This document shows positions 25,927 to 32,000 of a stretch of 32,000 nucleotides of DNA, piece after piece (the first letter of the stretch is position 1; every line of letters starts with the position of its first letter). The position numbers were made by a program, and so were the translations under genes. The DNA is from Schaalia odontolytica. Lineage in GTDB: Bacteria; Actinomycetota; Actinomycetes; Actinomycetales; Actinomycetaceae. The stretch is taken from assembly GCF_005696695.1 (NCBI RefSeq), contig NZ_CP040006.1, forward strand, positions 480,001 to 512,000. The letters run 5' to 3'. The notes under the pieces were generated by a model. It saw only the letters and a program-made list of their open reading frames with translations, ran no database searches and was not told where the DNA came from.

Positions 25927-25948
25927 GCCTCGCTCGCTGATCAAGCAA

Positions 25949-25995
25949 CCGGGCCCCGCGCAGCACTGCTGCGCGGGGACCGGCTTTGTTTCTTG
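25949..25995 (+). terminator. intrinsic terminator after rplA
   Basis: CCGGGCCCCGCGCAGCA pairs with TGCTGCGCGGGGACCGG with one mismatch. CTTTGTTTCTT follows. Confidence 0.7.
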
Positions 25996-26142
25996 TGCGT
26001 CGACATGTGTGCGTGTGCCAGTCTGAGGCGCCGTGGCGGCCCTGAGAGCATGCTGACTGCCTTGTGGGTGCGCGAGAGCAGATTGCGCGGTGCTCGCCGG
26101 AGTGTGCAACCCCGGCCTCGTCTGTGATGCTCGCCCCGTTGC

Positions 26143-26171
26143 TTGCATGCCCTTGCTGGGCCTGTTAAGCT
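26143..26171 (+). promoter_or_regulatory. candidate rplJL promoter
   Basis: TTGCAT (26143-26148), a 17-nt spacer and TAAGCT (26166-26171) are present. This would give a leader of about 150 nt before rplJ. Confidence 0.4.
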
Positions 26172-26177
26172 GATCCG

Positions 26178-26324
26178 TGCCGAAGACCGTTGGTGTCCAC
26201 GCTAGTGGAGGAAAATCCAACGCAGGTGAGTGAGCAGCCTTGTGCTGCAATCGAGCGTATGCCCGACACGATCCTGCGTGTCGGGTTTTTTCTTGCCTAC
26301 GGTCACGTATCTGGAAGGAGGACC
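26178..26324 (+). promoter_or_regulatory. rplJ 5' leader with terminator-type hairpin (candidate L10/L12-responsive attenuator)
   Basis: CCCGACACG (26262-26270), an ATCCTG loop and CGTGTCGGG (26277-26285) are followed by TTTTTTC. This lies about 30 nt upstream of the rplJ SD GGAAGGAGG. Its position matches known ribosomal-protein L10 leaders. Confidence 0.5.
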
Positions 26325-26849
26325 ATGGCGAAGTCCGACAAGGTGGCAGCAGTTGCCGAGCTCGTGGAGCGTTTCCGCGCAGCCGACGCTGTCCTGCTGA
26401 CCGAGTACCGCGGCCTGACCGTCGGCCAGCTGAAGCAGCTGCGTCGCGGCCTGGGCGAGAACGCGACCTACGCCGTGGCAAAGAACACGCTGGCGCGCCT
26501 GGCGGCCAAGGAGGTCGGTCTCGACTTCCTGGCTGAGGACCTCAAGGGTCCCACGGCCATCGCTTTCGTCTCCGGCGAGCCCGTTGAGGCCGCCAAGACC
26601 CTGCGTGATTTTGCTAAGGACAACCCCGCCCTCGTGCTGAAGTCCGGCGCGATGGACGGCGCTCAGCTGAGCGCCGAGGGTGTCAAGAAGCTTGCCGATC
26701 TCGAGTCCCGCGAGGTCCTGCTGGCCAAGGCCGCAGGCGTCCTCAAGGCCAAGATTGGTCAGGCGGCGTTCGCATTCAACGCTCTGCCCGTCAAGGCAGT
26801 GCGCACCATCGATGCTCTGCGCGAAAAGCAGCAGGGCGAGGCGGCCTGA
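26325..26849 (+). CDS. rplJ: 50S ribosomal protein L10
   Basis: The product starts MAKSDKVAAVAELVERFRAADAVLLTEYRGLTVGQLKQLRR. The start is ATG 26325, after GGAAGGAGG. The track start at 26190 reads through the leader. Confidence 0.95.
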   Translation: MAKSDKVAAVAELVERFRAADAVLLTEYRGLTVGQLKQLRRGLGENATYAVAKNTLARLAAKEVGLDFLAEDLKGPTAIAFVSGEPVEAAKTLRDFAKDNPALVLKSGAMDGAQLSAEGVKKLADLESREVLLAKAAGVLKAKIGQAAFAFNALPVKAVRTIDALREKQQGEAA

Positions 26850-26941
26850 CGAGACAGGCCATGTTCCACGCCGCCACCCCGGCTGCGTGAAACTACCCAA
26901 CAATCTGCACTCGTGCAGGCCAATTAGGAAGGATGCCACTC

Positions 26942-27322
<381 letters not shown>

Positions 27323-27365
27323 CTTTCCCCGTCTGAATCGTTCAGACTTCATACCCGACTGGGTA

Positions 27366-27405
27366 GCGGAAACCCCGTCCCGCATCCGCGGGGCGGGGTT
27401 TCCGC
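27366..27405 (+). terminator. GC-rich hairpin after rplL
   Basis: GCGGAAACCCCGTCCCGC, an ATCC loop and GCGGGGCGGGGTTTCCGC form an 18-bp stem with one mismatch. There is no U-tract. A small perfect hairpin GTCTGAA-TCG-TTCAGAC lies at 27331-27347. Confidence 0.6.
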
Positions 27406-27535
27406 ATGCGTTGGGGCTCGTTGTGTTGCTTGTGCTTGTGGCCCCACGGGTATTGCGGGCGCCGGAGGCCCCGGCCGCCCGCGAGGCTGGGCGGCCTCAC
27501 TGCGTTCGGCGCCGCGCCTCGAAGTCCGCCCGTGC

Positions 27536-27564
27536 CCTCCGGTCCCTCCGGCGCCCTCCACACC
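27536..27564. repeat. 29-nt direct repeat, copy 1
   Basis: CCTCCGGTCCCTCCGGCGCCCTCCACACC matches 27687-27715 at 28 of 29 positions. Confidence 0.8.
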
Positions 27565-27686
27565 GGCGGTGCTTGCGTTGCTGGTGCTTCGCTCGGCGCG
27601 TCGTCTCGAAGCCCGGCCAGGCCCCGCCGCCGCCGACCAGCACCGCGGCCTGGCCCTGCCACCGCCCACGGGCCTAGCGGCCTGGT

Positions 27687-27715
27687 CCTCCGGTCCCTCC
27701 GGTGCCCTCCACACC
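27687..27715. repeat. 29-nt direct repeat, copy 2 (151 nt downstream of copy 1)
   Basis: The sequence is CCTCCGGTCCCTCCGGTGCCCTCCACACC. GT-rich segments preceding each unit are also similar (TTGCTTGTGCTTG at 27425 versus TTGCTGGTGCTTC at 27578). Confidence 0.8.
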
Positions 27716-28120
27716 AGTGGGGCCGTGTCGCTGTGAATAGCCTTGTTGGGCGCTATCGCCGTACACAGCAACCGCGGCCTGACATTGTCGACGGCCGTGG
27801 GGCATCAGTGGGTGTTGTAGGCGGCGCAGGGTGTCTGTTTGAAACCGGCATCGCCTTTGCTTGTTCGAAATGGTCGATTTTGGCGTTGTTTGTGCCTGGA
27901 GAGGTGTTGCTGGTTTCAACGTTGCGCATTTGTCGCGCAAGGGGCCGGATGTGCCTCGTGCTGGGCGTGTGTTGTCGCGCCCAGGGCGCTGGGGCGTTCT
28001 TCTGCATGACCGGGGCTTTGAGGTGGTTTCAATCTGACTGTGACACTGGCACTTTTGTCCATGTGGTCGCGACACGGACACGCCCTTCCGTGTGATTATG
28101 GCGCGCGCATGTTCCTCCGC

Positions 28121-28151
28121 TTGACCATGACGCGGCGTCAGGGGCCAGAAT
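28121..28151 (+). promoter_or_regulatory. MerR-type promoter with 19-bp spacer and operator dyad
   Basis: TTGACC (28121-28126), a 19-nt spacer and CAGAAT (28146-28151) are present. The spacer contains the perfect palindrome TGACGC-G-GCGTCA (28128-28140). The regulator ATG is at 28159, so the leader is very short or absent. Confidence 0.55.
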
Positions 28152-28158
28152 CGATGTC

Positions 28159-28953
28159 ATGAGCAACGACACCACTCTTCACACGGTCGGGGAGGTCGCT
28201 GAGCGGTTCTCGCTGACGGTGCGAACGTTGCACCACTGGGAGGCGCAGGGGCTCCTCGCTCCCACCGCGCGGAGCTGGTCGAACTACCGCCTCTATTCGG
28301 CTGAGGATTGTGCGCGTGTCCAGAGGATCGTCATCTACCGGGCGACGGGGATGAAACTCATCGACATTAAGTCTCTACTCGATTCTGGAGACACGGCAGT
28401 CGAACACCTGAAGAGGCAAAGAGAGAGTCTTCTTGCTCATCGTCGCGAGACGGATGCAATGATCGAAGCACTAGACATTCTTTTGGAGGATGCAATGAAT
28501 GACAAGGCGCTCACCGTGGAAGAAATCGGGGAGATCTTGGGGGAGGCCAACTTTGCGGCGCACCAGAGCGAGGCCGAGGAACGCTATGGCGACACCGCTG
28601 ACTGGCGTGAATCGCGAGAACGCACTGCTTCGTGGCAAGCCGCCGACTGGCGGCAGAATGCCGAGCGATTCCATGACATTGAACGCAGGATGATCGATGC
28701 GATTCGCGATGGCGCCGCTCCTGACAGCGAGAGGGCCGCCGGCCTGGTTGAGGAACATAGAGAAGCTCTCAGTGAGTTCTTTCCGGTCACGCCTGCCAAG
28801 CACTACATCATGTCGCGCGGGTACATCCACGACGAGCGATTCCGGGATCACTACGACTCGCAGCATGTTGGTTTCGCGCAGTGGCTTGCTGACGCGATCG
28901 AGGCGGTTGCGAGGCGGCAGGGGGTGGACATCGAGAGTCCCACATGGGAGTGA
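28159..28953 (+). CDS. MerR-family transcriptional regulator with TipAS-like C-terminal effector domain
   Basis: The N-terminal MerR HTH reads HTVGEVAERFSLTVRTLHHWEAQGLLAP..YRLYSAEDCARVQRIVIYRATGMKLIDIK, followed by a coiled-coil linker. The C-terminal region (YGDTADWRES..W..EHREALSEFFPVTPAKHYIMSRGYIHDERFRDHYD) resembles TipAS antibiotic-recognition domains. GC content and codon usage are visibly lower than in neighbours (AGA, CTA, ATT, TTG codons). Confidence 0.8.
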   Translation: MSNDTTLHTVGEVAERFSLTVRTLHHWEAQGLLAPTARSWSNYRLYSAEDCARVQRIVIYRATGMKLIDIKSLLDSGDTAVEHLKRQRESLLAHRRETDAMIEALDILLEDAMNDKALTVEEIGEILGEANFAAHQSEAEERYGDTADWRESRERTASWQAADWRQNAERFHDIERRMIDAIRDGAAPDSERAAGLVEEHREALSEFFPVTPAKHYIMSRGYIHDERFRDHYDSQHVGFAQWLADAIEAVARRQGVDIESPTWE

Positions 28954-29061
28954 GCACCCCCGACAAGGAAGTTGCATGTCCGTGATGCGCAGCATAGCTT
29001 TAGGCCCGTATCTGGCTTGCCAGTTTCGAATAGTCTCTGCTACTATCTTCTCTTGTCGCAA

Positions 29062-29133
29062 TCCTGCGTAGCTCAACGGCAGAGCATCCGACTGTTAATC
29101 GGACGGTTACTGGTTCGAATCCAGTCGCAGGAG
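29062..29133 (+). tRNA. tRNA-Asn (GTT)
   Basis: Manual fold: acceptor TCCTGCG/CGCAGGA, D-arm GCTC-AACGGCA-GAGC, anticodon stem TCCGA/TCGGA with loop CTGTTAA, T-arm ACTGG-TTCGAAT-CCAGT, discriminator G. Confidence 0.9.
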
Positions 29134-29138
29134 CAGAT

Positions 29139-29169
29139 GCCCCGAGTTCTCACGGACTCGGGGCTTTTT
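29139..29169 (+). terminator. intrinsic terminator after tRNA-Asn
   Basis: GCCCCGAGT (29139-29147), an 8-nt loop and ACTCGGGGC (29156-29164) are followed by TTTTT. Confidence 0.8.
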
Positions 29170-29192
29170 GTTGATCGGAGAAGGGGGCCTCA

Positions 29193-30320
29193 TTGGGTGT
29201 GATCGCAGGGCATCCCTATGTCGCGTTGCTTATCGCCGTCGTCGCTTTCTTCGTTGTCTCGGGGGTCGTCGAGGCTGTACGTGCGCCTCGTAAGCCGAAG
29301 TCTCCCCCGCGCGCCCCCAGGGAGAGCGCAGTCGATCGTGAGAAGCGCATGCGAGAGCGCTACGCGGCCTTCGGAGACCGTTGGCGGGAGTGGCTGGACC
29401 AACCGCGGGGGAGCGGTGACGCTGACCGTCTTGTGACGGCCGCGAGCATCTGGGGAAGCCCGGAGCAGGGGGCTTCCTTCCCTCGGCGCTTCCATGACAG
29501 TCAGCTCGGCAAGGTCGCGGTCGATAAGCGCAGCTACCTGGCGATGCTTGACGCGCCTGCCGATGCGGTTCAGCCAAGGCGCGAGCTGGCCCCGACGTCG
29601 TGGGCGACAATGCGTCTCGACGTGTGGGCCTTGCACTCTAAGGCGGCGCAGAAGCCTCGTCTCATGCGCGTGTGGCTCAGTAGGGATCGTGCGCTCGTGG
29701 AGCTGCATCGCACGCGTGTCGTCAAGGTCGATGAGATCCTGCCCAGCGAGGTCGTCGGCTTCGTCCGTGGATTCACGCGACTCGGCCCGCGCACCGGCAA
29801 AGTGGATGGCCTGCGCTGGCTACCCGCCGAGGCGATGGAGCTGGGGGCTAAGCCCCTGTGGAACACGTTCCGCGTCATGCGCGACATCTCCTGCGTGACT
29901 CCCGAGGGGTCGACCGTCGCCGATGCCTTGAATGCTGCGGACTTCCACGCGTTCGCCTTCGTTGCCTTCCGTGCTGAAAGCGCGTGGAAAGAGCCCTGTG
30001 CCCACTTGCGCGTCCTGGATTGTTCTGGTGTGACCTACCAGGTGGGTGACGCGTTCTCACAGCAGCTTGATAATGGGGAGGGTGTTCAGGCTTCTCGACG
30101 AGGCCGTGGCCGCCCGAGCAGGCGTCGCAGCTTGAGAAGAAGGCGTAGTGCGGCGGAGGAAGCGGTTGTATCCGGCTGTGATGAGCAGCAGGTTGTAGAA
30201 CCGGAGTTCTCTGAGTTGCCCGAACACGAACCCGAGCCGCTGGCGGACACGGACCTCGCCGTGGTCCCGATCGACCCTCGTGAGGTGCTGTGGGCCGTGG
30301 AGAAGATGGTCGAGCTGTGA
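29193..30320 (+). CDS. hypothetical membrane-anchored protein (no family recognised)
   Basis: The 375-aa ORF has coding-like GC3 bias. An SD-like GGAGAAGGGGG lies 5 nt before TTG 29193, and GTG 29199 is an alternative start. The N-terminal TM helix is YVALLIAVVAFFVVSGVV, followed by a basic stretch. A globular middle region follows, then an Arg-rich patch (SRRGRGRPSRRRSLRRRRS) and an acidic C-terminal tail. I recognise no motif. Confidence 0.55.
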   Translation: MGVIAGHPYVALLIAVVAFFVVSGVVEAVRAPRKPKSPPRAPRESAVDREKRMRERYAAFGDRWREWLDQPRGSGDADRLVTAASIWGSPEQGASFPRRFHDSQLGKVAVDKRSYLAMLDAPADAVQPRRELAPTSWATMRLDVWALHSKAAQKPRLMRVWLSRDRALVELHRTRVVKVDEILPSEVVGFVRGFTRLGPRTGKVDGLRWLPAEAMELGAKPLWNTFRVMRDISCVTPEGSTVADALNAADFHAFAFVAFRAESAWKEPCAHLRVLDCSGVTYQVGDAFSQQLDNGEGVQASRRGRGRPSRRRSLRRRRSAAEEAVVSGCDEQQVVEPEFSELPEHEPEPLADTDLAVVPIDPREVLWAVEKMVEL

Positions 30321-30357
30321 CTGTTCGTTGCCGTGTGCAGACGAGGAGGTGTGAACG

Positions 30358-30714
30358 GTGAGGGAAGAACTCGTCGAGGCTGTCCTGCGGGTCGTGGAGG
30401 AAATCCCTGCGGGGCGTGTGGCCACGTACGGCATGATCGCGCGAGCGCTTGGTACCGGTCCGCGCGTTGTGGGGCGGATTATGCACGACTGGGGCGGTGG
30501 GGTCACGTGGTGGCGCGTCGTGAGCGTTCACGGAACTTTTCCGACAACTGTACGAGGTGAGGGATTTTTCGAGTGGGAACGAGAGGGGATCCCTCACGAT
30601 CCGACACGCGGAAAAGTGCTGGTCGCGGCGTGTGTAGTCGAGCAGGACTGGCTGGACGCTGTCGCGCGTTCGGTCCTTGAAAATCTGAGCGATCATGCGG
30701 AAATGTCAGACTGA
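30358..30714 (+). CDS. MGMT-family DNA-binding protein, alkyltransferase-like (active-site Cys replaced by Trp)
   Basis: The 118-aa product reads IPAGRVATYGMIARALGTGPRVVGRIMH...VTWWRVVS. This aligns with the helix-turn-helix and PCHRV region of O6-alkylguanine-DNA alkyltransferases, but with W where the acceptor Cys should be. The start is GTG 30358, 8 nt after GAGGAGG (30343-30349). Confidence 0.7.
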   Translation: MREELVEAVLRVVEEIPAGRVATYGMIARALGTGPRVVGRIMHDWGGGVTWWRVVSVHGTFPTTVRGEGFFEWEREGIPHDPTRGKVLVAACVVEQDWLDAVARSVLENLSDHAEMSD

Positions 30715-30903
30715 ATCATCCTGACATTCGGTTACGATTTGATTACGCGCACAGACATTTGGGTCGCGCGGGACACTGTGATGCTCTACTCTTAGGGGGA
30801 CGCCGAAGAAGGCGATTCTCCGGAACAGTGACCGTTAGCGTTAACGAAGCCGGGGGAGCAAACTCCAGAAACAGAGAAGTTACTGGTACCCAAGGGGTGA
30901 GAA

Positions 30904-32000
30904 GTGACGAACTTACTAGAGCTAAAGGGGATCTCAAAGACGTTCCCCGGTGTGAAGGCACTGTCCGACGTGGACCTTGACCTTCGACCCGGTGAAGTCT
31001 TGGGTCTCTGCGGTGAGAACGGAGCGGGTAAGTCCACGCTCATGAAGGTGCTCACCGGTATCCACAAGTCCGACCCGGGCGGCGAGATCTGGCTGCAGGG
31101 AGAGAAGGTCGACATCCAGTCGCCGGAGCACGCGCGTGACCTCGGCCTGTCGATCATCCACCAGGAACTCAACATCGTTCCTGACCTGACCGTCGCCCAG
31201 AACCTGTACATCGGTCGACCCGGCACGTCCAAGTTTGGATACGTCGACGACCGCAAGATGGTCCGTGATGCGCGCGAGCTGTTCGAGCGCCTCAACATGG
31301 ACATCGATCCCACCGCCTACTGCCGCGACCTGCCGGTTGCGCGTCTGCAGATGGTGGAAATTGCGCGCGCGCTGTCCTTTGACTCGAAGATCCTGGTCAT
31401 GGATGAACCCACGGCTCCTCTGACCACGACCGAGACCGAGTCCCTGTTCGAGCTGGTGCGCGACTTCGTGTGCCCGACGACCGGCCTGATCTTCATCACG
31501 CACCGCATGCCCGAGCTCACCGAGCTCACCAACCGCATCTCGGTCCTGCGCGATGGCAAGTACATCGGAACGGTGGACACGGCCACGACGCCCATGAGTG
31601 AGGTCGTCAAGATGATGGTCGGCCGCGAGGTCCCTGCGGACGCGCGTCCCACCACCAAGCCGCTCTCCGACGAGGCCGTCCTGCGCGTCGAGCACCTCTC
31701 GACCGTCAAGGCCGTCCACGACGTGTCCTTCGAGGTCAAGAAGGGTGAAATCTTCGGGTTTGCGGGCCTGGTCGGCGCCGGCCGCACCGAGGTTGCCCGA
31801 GCCCTGTTCGGCGCTGACCCCCACACCGCGGGCGATATCTACGTCCACGGCAAGAAGGTCTCGATCAAGGGCGCGAACGACGCCGTGAAGAACGGTATCG
31901 GCTACCTGTCCGAGGACCGCAAGCAGTTCGGCCTGCTCCTCGACAAGGACATCTCTTTCAACACGGGTATGGCTGCGATGGGCCACTTCAGCACCGCGAC
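30904..32000 (+). CDS. sugar-type ABC transporter ATP-binding protein, two-domain (RbsA/MglA/XylG-like), 3' end outside window
   Basis: This gene is not in the ORF track because no stop falls inside the window. My translation from GTG 30904 is VTNLLELKGISKTFPGVKALSDVDLDLRPGEVLGLCGENGAGKSTLMKVLTG.. It has a signature-like LPVARLQMVEIARAL and Walker B ILVMDEPTAPL. The second domain begins VSFEVKKGEIFGFAGLVGAGRTE. Confidence 0.85.
   Translation, partial: MTNLLELKGISKTFPGVKALSDVDLDLRPGEVLGLCGENGAGKSTLMKVLTGIHKSDPGGEIWLQGEKVDIQSPEHARDLGLSIIHQELNIVPDLTVAQNLYIGRPGTSKFGYVDDRKMVRDARELFERLNMDIDPTAYCRDLPVARLQMVEIARALSFDSKILVMDEPTAPLTTTETESLFELVRDFVCPTTGLIFITHRMPELTELTNRISVLRDGKYIGTVDTATTPMSEVVKMMVGREVPADARPTTKPLSDEAVLRVEHLSTVKAVHDVSFEVKKGEIFGFAGLVGAGRTEVARALFGADPHTAGDIYVHGKKVSIKGANDAVKNGIGYLSEDRKQFGLLLDKDISFNTGMAAMGHFSTA

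Noticed and set aside
27536-27715. Possible CRISPR array, suggested by a 29-nt repeat.
   Set aside because: There are only two copies, the spacing of about 122 nt is far larger than CRISPR spacers, the flanks are also similar (a tandem duplication), and no cas genes lie in the window.
28054-28062. A DnaA-box-like TTGTCCATG within an AT-richer spacer, raising the possibility of a replication origin.
   Set aside because: It is a single 7-of-9 match with no cluster of boxes, no dnaA/dnaN context and no AT-rich unwinding element.
27406-28095. A 229-aa + strand ORF spanning the whole rplL-merR spacer, plus 27674-28081(-) and 27349-27771(-).
   Set aside because: The first half is a Pro/Arg/Gly low-complexity read of the tandem repeat. 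The second half has many A/T-ending codons, unlike every confident gene here. There is no SD and no recognisable domain.
28985-29045. Possible tRNA-Asn remnant or att site upstream of the intact tRNA-Asn. CAGTTTCGAATAGTCTCTGC resembles the T-arm and acceptor 3' half, and TGCGCAGCATAGCT resembles the 5' end.
   Set aside because: The similarity is short and gapped, and it does not fold into a cloverleaf. A remnant on the 5' side of the tRNA is not the geometry expected from 3'-end integration. No integrase is present.
30702-30860. Candidate operator or riboswitch upstream of the sugar ABC ATPase. The features are the AATGTCAG-N11-CTGACATT hairpin at 30702-30728, the direct TTACGA repeats at about 30733-30749, and the CGTTA-GCGT-TAACG dyad at about 30833-30846.
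   Set aside because: The dyads are short (5-8 bp) and AT-rich. None matches a regulator family consensus I can name, and I recognise no riboswitch fold. The hairpin at 30702-30728 may simply be a weak terminator for the preceding gene.

Overview
This is a GC-rich chromosomal segment with strong third-codon-position GC bias. Gene content and order are typical of a high-GC Gram-positive bacterium (Actinomycetota); species cannot be determined from the sequence alone. Most of the window is conserved core: the end of the nuo operon (nuoM C-terminus, nuoN), a trans-polyprenyl diphosphate synthase, an FprA-like NADPH-ferredoxin reductase, htpX, a YajQ-family protein, tRNA-Tyr/Thr/Met, rpmG (56 aa, missing from the ORF track), murB, an adenosine deaminase family gene, an alpha/beta hydrolase, an aspartate-type aminotransferase, tRNA-Trp, secE, nusG, rplK-rplA and rplJ-rplL. 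Two segments look accessory. (i) About 7.2-17.4 kb holds a sialic-acid (nan) utilisation locus: a signal-peptide-less GH33-like sialidase, a GntR/FadR-type regulator, a family-5 binding lipoprotein, a permease, a permease-ATPase fusion, an ATPase, then nanA, nanK and nanE. An MFS transporter follows. (ii) About 27.3-30.9 kb lies directly after rplL, where rpoBC would normally follow. It holds about 750 nt of apparently non-coding repeat-containing DNA, a GC-poorer MerR/TipAS-type regulator with a textbook 19-bp-spacer promoter, tRNA-Asn, an orphan membrane-anchored protein and an alkyltransferase-like (Cys to Trp) MGMT-family protein. The start of a sugar-type ABC ATPase runs off the window end. 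I found no CRISPR array, transposase, integrase, rRNA or recognisable defence genes, and no convincing novel multi-gene system. The least explained items are the post-rplL repeat region, a 134-bp inverted-repeat element between murB and add, a family of shared-sequence intergenic hairpins, and the orphan gene next to the alkyltransferase-like gene. The many long antisense ORFs in the track are GC-composition artefacts.
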